Assembly: GCA_965140705.1 (NCBI GenBank)
Contig: OZ223302.1
Coordinates: 416,001 to 480,000, forward strand
DNA from: an uncultured Arcobacter sp.
GTDB lineage: Bacteria; Campylobacterota; Campylobacteria; Campylobacterales; Arcobacteraceae
DNA length: 64,000 nucleotides
Direction: 5' to 3'
Part shown: piece by piece, positions 9,976 through 19,904 of the stretch
Numbering within the stretch: position 1 is the first letter of the stretch
Layout: each line of letters starts with the position of its first letter
Made by a program: the position numbers and the translations under genes
Notes under the pieces: model-generated
What the model was told of the DNA's origin: nothing
Seen by the model: the letters and a program-made list of their open reading frames with translations, nothing else
Database searches by the model: none

Positions 9976-10623
9976 ATGGATACTATTAAAAGATTAATTA
10001 TGGGAAATGAAAAGTTCAAAAAAGAATATTTCCCTTACTTTGAAAAAGATTTAAAAGAGAGTGTTCAATTAGGACAAAGGCCCGAAGTTTTATTTATTGG
10101 ATGTTCAGATAGTAGAGTTACTCCTGAATTAATGCTAGATACTCAGCCAGGAGATATGTTTATTTTAAGAAATGTTGGTAACTTTGTACCACCATATAAG
10201 CATGATGAAGATTTCCACGGAAGTGCTGCTGCTATTGAGTTTGCAGTTTCAGTTCTAAATGTAAAAAATATTATTATTTGTGGACATTCTCATTGTGGAG
10301 CATGTAAAGCACTGTATGATGATATTTCCGATGATTCTAAAATGGTTCACGTAAGAGTATGGCTAGAGCTTGGTCAAGAAGCTAAACAAAGAACCATAAA
10401 AAGTCAAAAATTTGAAACACTAGAAGAAAAATATAGAGCGACTGAAAGAAATTCTATTAGAAATCAACTTGAAAATTTACTAACCTATCCAGAAGTGAAA
10501 AAAAGATTTGATAATGGTGAAGTTTTAATTCATGGGTGGTATTATGATATAGAGACTGGTAATATCGATTTTTATGATAAAAATGAAGATAATTTTAAAC
10601 CATTAAAGGATTTCATACTATGA
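9976..10623 (+). CDS. cynT: Beta-class carbonic anhydrase
   Basis: GCSDSRV, RNVGN, CGHSHCGA, HGWYYDIETG motifs. Confidence 0.93.
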   Translation: MDTIKRLIMGNEKFKKEYFPYFEKDLKESVQLGQRPEVLFIGCSDSRVTPELMLDTQPGDMFILRNVGNFVPPYKHDEDFHGSAAAIEFAVSVLNVKNIIICGHSHCGACKALYDDISDDSKMVHVRVWLELGQEAKQRTIKSQKFETLEEKYRATERNSIRNQLENLLTYPEVKKRFDNGEVLIHGWYYDIETGNIDFYDKNEDNFKPLKDFIL

Positions 10624-10937
10624 GTGAACCAGAAATTAGAAAAATACCTAAGAAAAGTATAATTATTATAGTAGTTTTAATTATTTTAGCTATTGTTGGT
10701 TATTTATTAATAATCTTATCAAGAGACGCTAAAATAACAGAAGTTTTAAATTCACTTGGTTATAAGCACATAAGTAAAGTAAAAGTCTATAGTGCTGCAC
10801 CAGTAGAAGATAAAACAACTAGAATACAAAGTAAACTATATAAAGTCAGTTTTATTAACGATGAGACTAAACAAGAGTGTTATGGTTTTATAAATGAGCA
10901 TAATGGAAAATTTAAAAAAGAAATAGAGTGTAAATAA
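10620..10937 (+). CDS. Small membrane-anchored hypothetical protein
   Basis: One N-terminal TM helix, two C-terminal Cys; ATGA overlap with the carbonic anhydrase stop. Confidence 0.75.
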   Translation: MSEPEIRKIPKKSIIIIVVLIILAIVGYLLIILSRDAKITEVLNSLGYKHISKVKVYSAAPVEDKTTRIQSKLYKVSFINDETKQECYGFINEHNGKFKKEIECK

Positions 10938-10938
10938 A

Positions 10939-12000
10939 ATGAGTATTATTGAAAAATTAGAAAGAAATGAAAGATTAAATTACGAAGAAGCATTAGAACT
11001 TTATGATTTAGATTTATTTGTTTTAGGTAAATATGCAAATAAATTAAGAGAAGAAAAACATGGGAAAAAAAGTTATTTTAATGTAAATAGACATATAAAT
11101 CCCACAAATATCTGTAAAGATGTATGTCAATTCTGTGCATACAGTGCAAGTAGAAAAAACCCTAAACCTTATACTTTAAAACATGAAGAGATTATGGATA
11201 TTGTTAAAAACTCTACATTAAATGGCATAAAAGAAGTGCATATAGTATCTGCCCATAATCCAGAAACTGGATTAGAGTGGTATTTAGAAATTTTCAAAAA
11301 AATAAAAACTGCTTATCCTAATATCCATGTAAAAGCCTTAACAGCAGCAGAAATTCACTTTTTAAGTGAAGAGTACAATAAAAGCCATAAAGAAATAATT
11401 GATTTAATGGTTGAATATGGTGTTGATTCAATGCCAGGTGGTGGAGCTGAAATCTTTGATGAAAAGGTGCGAAAAAGAATCTGTGGAGGTAAAGTTACAT
11501 CACAACAATGGCTTGATATCCATGAATTATGGCATAAAAAAGGTAAAAAAAGTAATGCAACTATGCTTTTTGGACATATAGAAACAAGAGAACATAGAAT
11601 TGACCATATTTTAAGACTAAGGGATTTACAAGATAGAAGTGGTGGATTTAATGCATTTATTCCCCTTGTTTATCAAAAAGAGAACAACTTCTTAAAAGTA
11701 AAAAATTTCCTAACAGGACAAGAGATACTAAAAACTATGGCTATTTCTAGAATCTTACTTGATAATATTCCTCACATAAAAGCTTATTGGGTAACTTCAA
11801 CAGTAAAACTAGCCCTTGTAGCTCAAGAGTTTGGAGCAAATGATTTAGATGGAACAATAGAAAAAGAGTCAATTCAAAGTGCAGCAGGAGCTGCAAGTGC
11901 AAATGGTCTGCCAATTGGTTCATTTGTTGATTTAATTAAAAATTCTGGATTTATTCCAGTTGAAAGAGACTCAGTTTACAACGAACTAAAAGTTTGGTAA
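10939..12000 (+). CDS. mqnE: Aminofutalosine synthase (radical SAM; futalosine menaquinone pathway)
   Basis: NPTNICKDVCQFCAY, MPGGGAEIF, FGANDLDGTIEKESIQSAAGA, PVERDSVYN. Confidence 0.88.
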   Translation: MSIIEKLERNERLNYEEALELYDLDLFVLGKYANKLREEKHGKKSYFNVNRHINPTNICKDVCQFCAYSASRKNPKPYTLKHEEIMDIVKNSTLNGIKEVHIVSAHNPETGLEWYLEIFKKIKTAYPNIHVKALTAAEIHFLSEEYNKSHKEIIDLMVEYGVDSMPGGGAEIFDEKVRKRICGGKVTSQQWLDIHELWHKKGKKSNATMLFGHIETREHRIDHILRLRDLQDRSGGFNAFIPLVYQKENNFLKVKNFLTGQEILKTMAISRILLDNIPHIKAYWVTSTVKLALVAQEFGANDLDGTIEKESIQSAAGAASANGLPIGSFVDLIKNSGFIPVERDSVYNELKVW

Positions 12001-12001
12001 A

Positions 12002-13588
12002 CTATTTGTTTTGATTAAATTGAAGTCCAAAATCGACTTCAATACTTGAGTCTTGATTTTTCAAAAATATTATTGGATAAGATACATTTATTGAGTATAA
12101 CTCTTTATTTAAATTACTCAATAAATTAAAAAACTCTATAGGTGAATTTATAACCATATTCACCCTATAGTTATATGTAGAAATATTTAAATTAAATGTT
12201 GAATCATATACTAACACTGCGCTTTTAGGTAATATAATTTTTAACTGATCAGTTACTCTTTTTACAGGCATAAATCCATCATCTATATATTTTGGAAGTG
12301 CTGCATTATATATCTTACTTGTATCAATTTCAACTGGATCACTATTATATATACTTACATCAAGGGCAATATTTTTTGAATCTTTTACTTGTATATTTGA
12401 ATACTTATAAAATTTTAAAAGTTTAGGTTGTATATCTTTAATATAAGAATCAGGGGTTAACATTTTCCCAGTAATGGTTGAATTATCACTTTTTACTTCT
12501 AAACTATCTATTACCATATCATAAGGAATAGCATTTAGTAAAACAACAATATCATCTCTTATTTGATTATTTGCATTTATGTGATTTGGCAAGGGATATT
12601 TTTTTTCAACTACTACTTTTTTAGGTTCTTCTTTTTTTGCCGTTTTTATTTGTTGAACAATATTAATAACCTTATCTTTGTAATAAATTCCAGAAGCTGT
12701 TAATGCCAATAAAAATACTAACAATAATAAAATCCATTTAGTTGATGATTTTCCTTTTTTAACTCTTGGTTTTACATAACTTTGTAATAGTCTATTAGGA
12801 CCTCTTGAAAGCTCATAAATAGAATCTTTTAGTGAAATATAGTGATAGTGAGTACTTATCATTATATCATCTTCTAATTGCTGAATTTGCTCATCACTTA
12901 ATTGTTTAATGGTGTACAAGATATCTATTTTATCTACAAAGCACTCACTCTTATTAGTATAAAACTCTTTAAGTGTTTTAGAAATAAAATTTTGTAATTC
13001 TAAAAAATAGACTTCATCATAAAGTTTTTGACCCAATACTTCTGATTCATAAAATCTAGAATCTTTTATATCTTTGAACTCGGGAACTTTTTGTATTTTG
13101 TTAAAAACAATTTTATTTAACTCATTTACAATTACAATATAAATATAATCACTAACAGTTAAAACAACTAGCGTATTAGAAGTTGGATTTTGTTCTAAAT
13201 GTTGATTTAAAACTTGAAAGGGAGAAAAAACATAATCCAATCCTGTAAACTCAAAATAGTGTTCTACTTCAAAAAGTTTCTCTTTTTTTACAACTACGTC
13301 AAAGCTATTATTTAATTGAACTTTTGAGTATTCTAATAGTTTTTTATTGGTTTTATTGATTATCTTTTCATCTTGGCATAAACACAAAGTAGAAATAAAA
13401 GTTTTAGGAACTGCTTCTTGCCATTGATTTATTTTTTGTGCAATATCCCTTGAAAGTATTTCGTCATGGGTTATAAAAGTTGATTCTTCTGTTTTATCTA
13501 AATCTTCATTTTTAAGTTTTTTAAAATCAATTTTTAATTGTGTATCATATTTTAAAATACTTATATATTGAGAATTTTTTGCAAACAT
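12002..13588 (-). CDS. Bitopic membrane protein, putative PilM-PilN-PilO (FcpMNO-like) fusion
   Basis: About 280-aa soluble N-domain, one TM (WILLLLVFLLALTASGIYY), PilN-like LNAIPYDMVIDSLEV..STITG motif, second ferredoxin-like C-domain; lies directly behind miaB-lpxJ. Confidence 0.6.
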   Translation of the reverse strand: MFAKNSQYISILKYDTQLKIDFKKLKNEDLDKTEESTFITHDEILSRDIAQKINQWQEAVPKTFISTLCLCQDEKIINKTNKKLLEYSKVQLNNSFDVVVKKEKLFEVEHYFEFTGLDYVFSPFQVLNQHLEQNPTSNTLVVLTVSDYIYIVIVNELNKIVFNKIQKVPEFKDIKDSRFYESEVLGQKLYDEVYFLELQNFISKTLKEFYTNKSECFVDKIDILYTIKQLSDEQIQQLEDDIMISTHYHYISLKDSIYELSRGPNRLLQSYVKPRVKKGKSSTKWILLLLVFLLALTASGIYYKDKVINIVQQIKTAKKEEPKKVVVEKKYPLPNHINANNQIRDDIVVLLNAIPYDMVIDSLEVKSDNSTITGKMLTPDSYIKDIQPKLLKFYKYSNIQVKDSKNIALDVSIYNSDPVEIDTSKIYNAALPKYIDDGFMPVKRVTDQLKIILPKSAVLVYDSTFNLNISTYNYRVNMVINSPIEFFNLLSNLNKELYSINVSYPIIFLKNQDSSIEVDFGLQFNQNK

Positions 13589-13599
13589 AAAAACCTCTT

Positions 13600-14214
13600 T
13601 TATTTCATTGCATTAACTAAAAGTTTATTTTGTATAAACTCTTTAGCTTGGGGCATATCTAACTCAGATACACTAAACGGCTCACTCACATAAAAATCTA
13701 TCACACCAAATGGTTTTGGAATAATAAACTTATCCCAAGAATTAAATTGCCAATATTTACTTGGCTTACAATTGAATGCTAAAATTTTAGCATCTGTTTT
13801 CTTATGAATTGCTACTATTCCATCAGCAACAGAAAATCTAGGACCTTTTGGACCATCAGGAGTGATTGCAATATCATCTCCACCTTTTAACTCTTTTATT
13901 GCACCAATTAAAGCTTTAGTTCCACCTCTTGTACTTGATCCCCTAATAGAATAAATTCCCAAGTATTCAACAGTTTTAGTAATTGCCTCTCCATCTTTAT
14001 GGTCACTTATCATCGCACTTACTTTACCTTTTGGTTTAAGTTTTTGATAATTAAAAGGTTGCATTAAAAGTTCACCATGCCAAAAAGAGACAATATAAAC
14101 ATCATCTTTTAACTCTTTTGGATGGTGAAAATTCTTTTTATTTGTTAAATATACAAATCTTACAAATAATTGCAAAAAGAATGGCACAATTCGTGTTATA
14201 AAAAAAAGCTTCAT
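13600..14214 (-). CDS. lpxJ: DUF374 lysophospholipid acyltransferase (lipid A acyltransferase LpxJ-like)
   Basis: [41 protein letters not shown]; adjacent to miaB. Confidence 0.8.
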   Translation of the reverse strand: MKLFFITRIVPFFLQLFVRFVYLTNKKNFHHPKELKDDVYIVSFWHGELLMQPFNYQKLKPKGKVSAMISDHKDGEAITKTVEYLGIYSIRGSSTRGGTKALIGAIKELKGGDDIAITPDGPKGPRFSVADGIVAIHKKTDAKILAFNCKPSKYWQFNSWDKFIIPKPFGVIDFYVSEPFSVSELDMPQAKEFIQNKLLVNAMK

Positions 14215-15530
14215 TCGCTTATTACTTCACCTTTTAATGCCGTTCTACTTGCATCATTTATTTTTACTTTTACAAATTTTCCAAGAAGTTCATCACTTCC
14301 TTTTACAAAAACTTGACACCAATTATCTGTAAATCCACAAACTTCTCCATCAGATTTTAGATTCTCAACCAAAATCTCAACAGTTTTCCCAATATATGAA
14401 TTCATATGTTCAACTAAATGTTCTTTATGCAAGTCAATTACTTTTATTAATCTAGCACCTGCAATCTCATCATCTACTTCTTGATCTTTTAAAGCTAAGG
14501 CTGCTGTATTTGGACGAGGAGAATATTTGAAGTTGAATATTTGATCAAATTTAACCTTTTCTATTACATCTATAGTATCTTCAAAATCCTCTTGTGTTTC
14601 CCCTGGAAAACCAACAATAATATCAGTTGTAATTCTAACATTTGGTACAAGTCTTCTAATTTTTTCTGCTCTATTTAAGAACCACTCTTTTGTGTATCCT
14701 CTTTTCATAGCTTTTAAAATAGAAGTTGAACCACTTTGAAGTGGCATATGGATACATTTACTAATTTTAGGATTAGAAGAAAACTCTTCAATAAACTCAT
14801 CATCCATATGTAAAGGATGAGGAGAAGTAAATCTTATTCTTCTTAAGCCCTCTATTTTAGATATTTCTTGTAAAAGTTTTGTAAAAGTTGTTTTTGCTCT
14901 TTTATCTGAAAATCTTCTTCCATAAGAGTTAACATTTTGTCCTAAAAGCATAACTTCAACTGCACCTTTATCTACATCTTTTTGGATTTGTTGAACAATC
15001 ATTTCAGGTGGAATAGATATCTCATCACCCCTTGTTGCAGGAACAATACAATATGTACACTCTTTATCACATCCAATTGAAATATTTACAGAAGTTTTAT
15101 ACATAGAAGTTTCAGTTCTCGCAAACTCATAAGTACTATCGTCATTTTCAATTGAAATTTCAACAGCACCTTTTACATCAATAATATCTTTTATTTTTGA
15201 AATATTTCGTGCACCTACAACAAAATCAACATAAGGAGCTCTTTTAATAATATCTTTTCCTAAATGTGAGGCAGTACAACCACAAACACCAATTTTAGCT
15301 CCATCTTTTTTCTTAGCATTAAATTGCCCTATTTCTGAAAAAAGTTTTTGTACTGGCTTTTCTCTTACTGAACAAGTATTAATAATAATAAGATCTGCAT
15401 CTTCCATACTATCAGTTGTTTTATAATCTTTATACTTTTCTAGTTCAGCAATTATGTGTTGGCTGTCAGTATCATTCATCTGACAACCAAGCGTTTGTAT
15501 AAATAATTTTTTAGATTCTTCTTTGCTCAT
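14211..15530 (-). CDS. miaB: tRNA i6A37 methylthiotransferase
   Basis: [47 protein letters not shown] domain. Confidence 0.96.
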   Translation of the reverse strand: MSKEESKKLFIQTLGCQMNDTDSQHIIAELEKYKDYKTTDSMEDADLIIINTCSVREKPVQKLFSEIGQFNAKKKDGAKIGVCGCTASHLGKDIIKRAPYVDFVVGARNISKIKDIIDVKGAVEISIENDDSTYEFARTETSMYKTSVNISIGCDKECTYCIVPATRGDEISIPPEMIVQQIQKDVDKGAVEVMLLGQNVNSYGRRFSDKRAKTTFTKLLQEISKIEGLRRIRFTSPHPLHMDDEFIEEFSSNPKISKCIHMPLQSGSTSILKAMKRGYTKEWFLNRAEKIRRLVPNVRITTDIIVGFPGETQEDFEDTIDVIEKVKFDQIFNFKYSPRPNTAALALKDQEVDDEIAGARLIKVIDLHKEHLVEHMNSYIGKTVEILVENLKSDGEVCGFTDNWCQVFVKGSDELLGKFVKVKINDASRTALKGEVISE

Positions 15531-15547
15531 TATTATTTCACTTTAAA

Positions 15548-15790
15548 TTAAAGTGCATGTACCTCATACATATACTCATCCTCAGCTAAACCATATCTTA
15601 CTTCTCTAAAGTATACGTTATACCCCTCACCTTCTAAAGCATCAACTAATGCCATCATATCTTTATGTGAATTATCTTTATCAAAATAAAATATTTTTTC
15701 TCCAAGTTCTTTTAACTCTTCGATTATCTTATCAATTTTTACTTTTTTTGGTTTTTCATTTAATTCGTTTCTTGCGAACAATAATTCCAT
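15548..15790 (-). CDS. HP0268-family small nuclease
   Basis: MELLFAR...FYFDKDNSHKD...REVRYGL...YMYEVH; upstream of miaB and divergent from nusA, as in Campylobacterota. Confidence 0.85.
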   Translation of the reverse strand: MELLFARNELNEKPKKVKIDKIIEELKELGEKIFYFDKDNSHKDMMALVDALEGEGYNVYFREVRYGLAEDEYMYEVHAL

Positions 15791-15862
15791 CTCTATAAGC
15801 CTTTTATGTTTAAATTTAACTATATATTTTATCTTAAAGTTACTTTTATTTTTATAAAAGAA

Positions 15863-15876
15863 GTTTTAGATATAAT
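15863..15876 (+). promoter_or_regulatory. Sigma70 -10 promoter of nusA-cysS
   Basis: GTTTTAGATATAAT; the same TTTAGATATAAT word recurs before tgt, gatC and COG3400. Confidence 0.55.
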
Positions 15877-15938
15877 ATTGTTCTACATTCACATTGAAAA
15901 TCACAAAAATCATAGTTCAATGTTAAAAAAGGTTATAA

Positions 15939-17114
15939 ATGGATAAGATAATTGATATATTAGATTCTATTGCTTATGAAAAAGGAATTAAGTCTGAGCA
16001 TGTTGAAACTGCGTTAAAAGAAGCATTAATTAAAACTGGTGAAAAGATGGTTGACCATACTTTAATTTTTGATGCAGAAATTGATAGAAAAAACAAAAGA
16101 TTAAAACTTTTTCAAAAAATTGAAGTTGTAAAAGATGATGACAAAAGACTTCAAGGTGAAGAAGTTGATCAATATGACAACATTATAAACCCTGAAAACT
16201 TTATTCCTTTAAGTGAAGCAAAAGAGATTGATGAAGACTTAGATATTGGTGATTTTTTAGATTATGATTTAGAGTTTGAAAATATGGGAAGAAATGCGGC
16301 AACAATTCTTCACAACAATTTCGAGTATAGACTTCAAAGATACATAGAAGAGAATCTAGTATCAAAATATAAATCTAAAATTGGAAAAATCATCAACGGT
16401 TCAGTTACAAGAGTTGATAGAGCTGAAAATACTTTTGTTGAAATTGGTGAAGTAAAAGGTATGCTTACTAGAAAAAGTAGAATCAAAGGTGAAACTTTTA
16501 AAGTTGGAGATAACTTAAAAGCTGTTGTAAAAGCTGTAACAATTGATAAAACAAATGGTTTAATAATTGAATTATCAAGAACAAGTCCAAAATTTCTTGA
16601 AGCACTTTTAGCACTAGAAGTTCCTGAACTAAAAGATGAAAGAATCACAATAGAAGCAAGTGCTAGAATCCCAGGTAGTCGTGCTAAAATAGCACTTTCA
16701 ACTATGGATCCACAAATAGACCCTATTGGTTCTGTTGTTGGGGTTAAAGGGGTGAGAATTACATCAGTTAGTCAACAATTACATGGGGAAAATATCGATT
16801 GTGTTGAATATTCAACTATTCCTGAAATGTTTGTAGCACGTGCTCTAAGTCCAGCTATTATTAAAAGTGTTCAAATTATAAAATCTGAAAAACATGATGA
16901 AAAAGATAAAGCAATTGTTACAATCTTAAGTGACCAAAAATCAAAAGCTATTGGAAAATCAGGTTTAAATATTAGACTTGCTTCAATGCTTACAAAATGT
17001 GAAATTGAACTTGTTGAAATTGGGGATAATACACAAAGTACTGAAGGTTCAACAGAAATTCCAAATGATGAAAAAAGAAAAGATACTTCAGAATTAGAGG
17101 CTTTATTTAAATAA
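15939..17114 (+). CDS. nusA: Transcription termination/antitermination factor NusA
   Basis: IAYEKG, S1 domain, LSRTSP, LEVPE, ARIPGSRAK, IDPIGSVVGVKGVRI, AIGKSGLNIRLAS. Confidence 0.96.
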   Translation: MDKIIDILDSIAYEKGIKSEHVETALKEALIKTGEKMVDHTLIFDAEIDRKNKRLKLFQKIEVVKDDDKRLQGEEVDQYDNIINPENFIPLSEAKEIDEDLDIGDFLDYDLEFENMGRNAATILHNNFEYRLQRYIEENLVSKYKSKIGKIINGSVTRVDRAENTFVEIGEVKGMLTRKSRIKGETFKVGDNLKAVVKAVTIDKTNGLIIELSRTSPKFLEALLALEVPELKDERITIEASARIPGSRAKIALSTMDPQIDPIGSVVGVKGVRITSVSQQLHGENIDCVEYSTIPEMFVARALSPAIIKSVQIIKSEKHDEKDKAIVTILSDQKSKAIGKSGLNIRLASMLTKCEIELVEIGDNTQSTEGSTEIPNDEKRKDTSELEALFK

Positions 17115-18517
17115 TGGACAAAATATTCATTTATGACTCTGTAAAAAAAGAGAAAGTTTTATTTGAACCTATAGTTGAAAACCAAGCAAAAATATATGTT
17201 TGTGGACCAACAGTTTATGATGATTCCCATCTTGGACATGCCAGAAGTGCAATAGCTTTTGACATGTTACATAGAGTCTTAAAATTAAATAATCTTAATG
17301 TAACCATGACAAAAAACTTCACAGATATTGATGATAAAATCATAAAAAAAATGAATGAGTCATCAAGAACTTTAGAAGATATCACAACCCAATATATAAA
17401 TGCATACAAAGCTGATATGCATGCACTTAACATCTTAGATAATACCCTAGAGCCAAAAGCAACCCAAAACCTTGAAGCTATGATAGAGATGATAAATGAT
17501 TTACTTTCAAAAGATATAGCTTATAAAATTGATGATGGTATTTATTTTGATGTCTCAAAAGATAACTCTTATGGAAATATTTCAAAAAGAGCAAGTGATG
17601 AAAACTCAATTGCTAGAGTTGAAGTAAATACTCAAAAAAGAAATTCATCTGACTTTGCCCTATGGAAACTTGAAAAAGCAAATGATGTGTCATATGAAGC
17701 TAACTTTGGGAAAGGTCGTCCAGGATGGCATATAGAGTGTAGTGCTATGATTCAAAAACATTTAGCATACAAAGATAAAGATTTTCAAATAGATATTCAT
17801 GGAGGTGGCGCTGATTTACTTTTTCCACACCATGAGAATGAAGCTGCACAAACAAGATGTTTTTCCCATAAAGAGTTGGCAAAATATTGGATGCACAATG
17901 GTTTTGTAACTATTGATGGGGAAAAGATGAGTAAATCACTTGGAAATTCATTTTTCCTAAAAGATATTTTAAAATCTTATAGTGGTGAAGTTGTAAGGTT
18001 TTATTTATTAACAGCCCATTATCGAACAGATTTTAACTTCAATGAAGAGGATTTAATCTCATCTAAAAAAAGACTTGATAAATATTATAGAGTGAAAAAA
18101 AGAGTTTATGGAAGTGCTGCATCAACTGTAAACAGTGAATTTAAAGCAAAAGTTTTAAGTGCCCTAAATGATGATATAAATAGCTCAAAAGCCATCTCTA
18201 TAGTTGATGATATGATAAATAATGCAAATGATAAATTAGACAAAAATCCAAAAGATAAAAATCTAAAAAAAGAGTTAATTGCAAACTTTGAATTTATAAA
18301 TGAGATTTTGGGAATATGTTTTAATGATGCATATGAATACTTCCAATTTGGAATAGATGAAGATACAAAAAACAAAATAGAAGAGTTAATAAACAAACGA
18401 ACAGAAGCTAAAAAACAAAAAGATTTTGAAACAGCTGATAAAGTTAGAGATGAGTTAACTGCCTTAGGAATATCTGTAATGGATACGCCAAATGGTGTAG
18501 TTTGGGAGAAGTTATAA
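17114..18517 (+). CDS. cysS: Cysteine--tRNA ligase
   Basis: YVCGPTVYD, HLGH, GRPGWHIECS, FPHHENE, KMSKSLGN. Confidence 0.97.
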   Translation: MDKIFIYDSVKKEKVLFEPIVENQAKIYVCGPTVYDDSHLGHARSAIAFDMLHRVLKLNNLNVTMTKNFTDIDDKIIKKMNESSRTLEDITTQYINAYKADMHALNILDNTLEPKATQNLEAMIEMINDLLSKDIAYKIDDGIYFDVSKDNSYGNISKRASDENSIARVEVNTQKRNSSDFALWKLEKANDVSYEANFGKGRPGWHIECSAMIQKHLAYKDKDFQIDIHGGGADLLFPHHENEAAQTRCFSHKELAKYWMHNGFVTIDGEKMSKSLGNSFFLKDILKSYSGEVVRFYLLTAHYRTDFNFNEEDLISSKKRLDKYYRVKKRVYGSAASTVNSEFKAKVLSALNDDINSSKAISIVDDMINNANDKLDKNPKDKNLKKELIANFEFINEILGICFNDAYEYFQFGIDEDTKNKIEELINKRTEAKKQKDFETADKVRDELTALGISVMDTPNGVVWEKL

Positions 18518-18524
18518 ACTTCTT

Positions 18525-19484
18525 CTAAACCCTATAATCAACACTACTAATAACTCCCGCTTCACCATTTTCTTTCAAAAACATTGAACTTTGTCCTCCA
18601 TTTACTGAAGATACATTTGCTAAGTATATTGCTCCAATTCCTGAATCAGCTAAAGTTACTAAGGAACCTTCACCATTTGCTTTCTTTTCCCAAACTCTTA
18701 AGTCATTGAAAACTGAATCATTTTCATCAATCCAACCATTTCCATCTTCATCATATTTACTTAATTCTTTAAAGCCATCATTTGTATTTACACCAAAAAG
18801 CTCATTTCCATCGTCAACTTTATTATTTCCATTTTTATCTATTGCTAAATAGCTTGCATTATTCTGTAACTTTGATATATCATTACTCTTTTTATCTTTA
18901 TTCACATCAAATTCAAAGCCCATATCTCTTGGTACTTCACTTGTATCTCTTCCATCTTTTTTCATATCAATAGAAAAGGGATTATCTCCTTTTCCATAGG
19001 CATTTATTTTTGTTTCATTTCTTCTATAAAACTCATTTGAATAAGAAAGGCTAAGATTTATTTTAAACTCTCCATTAGATGTTTTAATAGTTGCTTGAGA
19101 ACTAAAATCTATTGTTGTTTTTTCATAATACTCTTCTGTACTTTCATATGAAAATCCCCACTCTTGATTATTACCCTTTGAGTATGGATTATCCGGCACT
19201 TCAATTTTAGTAGAAGAATCATTTGGATACAAAGTGATCTTTTGATTACCCTCTAATAGATTATTGAGTAATTGTTCTATTATTCTCTTTTTAATTGTAT
19301 CTGCAACAGATAAATCTGCTTCACTATTAAAGACCAATTTTTTAGGATCAATATTTACTGACAAATCTTTTTTTTCATCTGGATTTTCTGTTTTTGTAAA
19401 AGAACTAGCACTTGTATGTTTCTCATATTTTTGTACAAAAGAACTATTTGCTTGCAGATTTACTTCATAAGAGTCTATTTTCAT
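18525..19484 (-). CDS. Hypothetical protein with C-terminal Ca2+-binding, FrpC self-processing-module-like domain
   Basis: LAIDKNGNNKVDDGNELFG, DGFKELSKYDEDGNGWIDENDSVFNDLRVW, LADSGIGAIYL; ATG 19484 fits the AAGGA SD. Confidence 0.7.
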   Translation of the reverse strand: MKIDSYEVNLQANSSFVQKYEKHTSASSFTKTENPDEKKDLSVNIDPKKLVFNSEADLSVADTIKKRIIEQLLNNLLEGNQKITLYPNDSSTKIEVPDNPYSKGNNQEWGFSYESTEEYYEKTTIDFSSQATIKTSNGEFKINLSLSYSNEFYRRNETKINAYGKGDNPFSIDMKKDGRDTSEVPRDMGFEFDVNKDKKSNDISKLQNNASYLAIDKNGNNKVDDGNELFGVNTNDGFKELSKYDEDGNGWIDENDSVFNDLRVWEKKANGEGSLVTLADSGIGAIYLANVSSVNGGQSSMFLKENGEAGVISSVDYRV

Positions 19485-19578
19485 TTTCAATCCTTTTATC
19501 TATATTTAAGAATTGTACAATGCTTATCATTAATATTTCGTTAAAAAAACTTTTTAGTTTATGTAGAATTTTGGGCAT

Positions 19579-19614
19579 AAAAAAAGGAAAGAAGATAATC
19601 TTCTTTCCTTTTTT
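19579..19614 (-). terminator. Intrinsic terminator after rpsR
   Basis: AAAAAAGGAAAGAAGA-TAA-TCTTCTTTCCTTTTTT perfect hairpin with A/T tails. Confidence 0.85.
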
Positions 19615-19631
19615 AAAGTAGTAACTAAAAC

Positions 19632-19889
19632 TTATCTAGCGTATGCTGCATCAGTAAGGTTTTTAGTATCAACAATATATGGAACTAATGCCATATGTCT
19701 TGCTCTTTTGATTGCTAATTCTACCATCTCTTGAGCTCTTTTAGAATTTCCAGTAAGTCTTCTAGGCATAATTTTACCTCTTTCACTCATAGAAATTTTT
19801 AAAATTTCAGTGTTTTTATAATCAATGAAATCAATTTTCATCTCAGTATATTTACAATATTTTTTTCCGTATTTTCTTCTCTCAGCCAT
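19632..19889 (-). CDS. rpsR: 30S ribosomal protein S18
   Basis: [31 protein letters not shown]. Confidence 0.97.
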   Translation of the reverse strand: MAERRKYGKKYCKYTEMKIDFIDYKNTEILKISMSERGKIMPRRLTGNSKRAQEMVELAIKRARHMALVPYIVDTKNLTDAAYAR

Positions 19890-19904
19890 TTTTTTATCCT
19901 CTTT

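Noticed and set aside
15891..15923. ACATTGAA...TTCAATGT inverted repeat in the nusA leader
   Set aside because: An 8-bp AT-rich stem with a 17-nt loop and no U-tract is too weak to call an attenuator without comparative data.
19632..19889. S18 lacking a full zinc-binding CxxC
   Set aside because: The CKYT form is usual for this phylum and the gene is in the normal rpsF-ssb-rpsR operon, so it is not a zinc-starvation paralogue.
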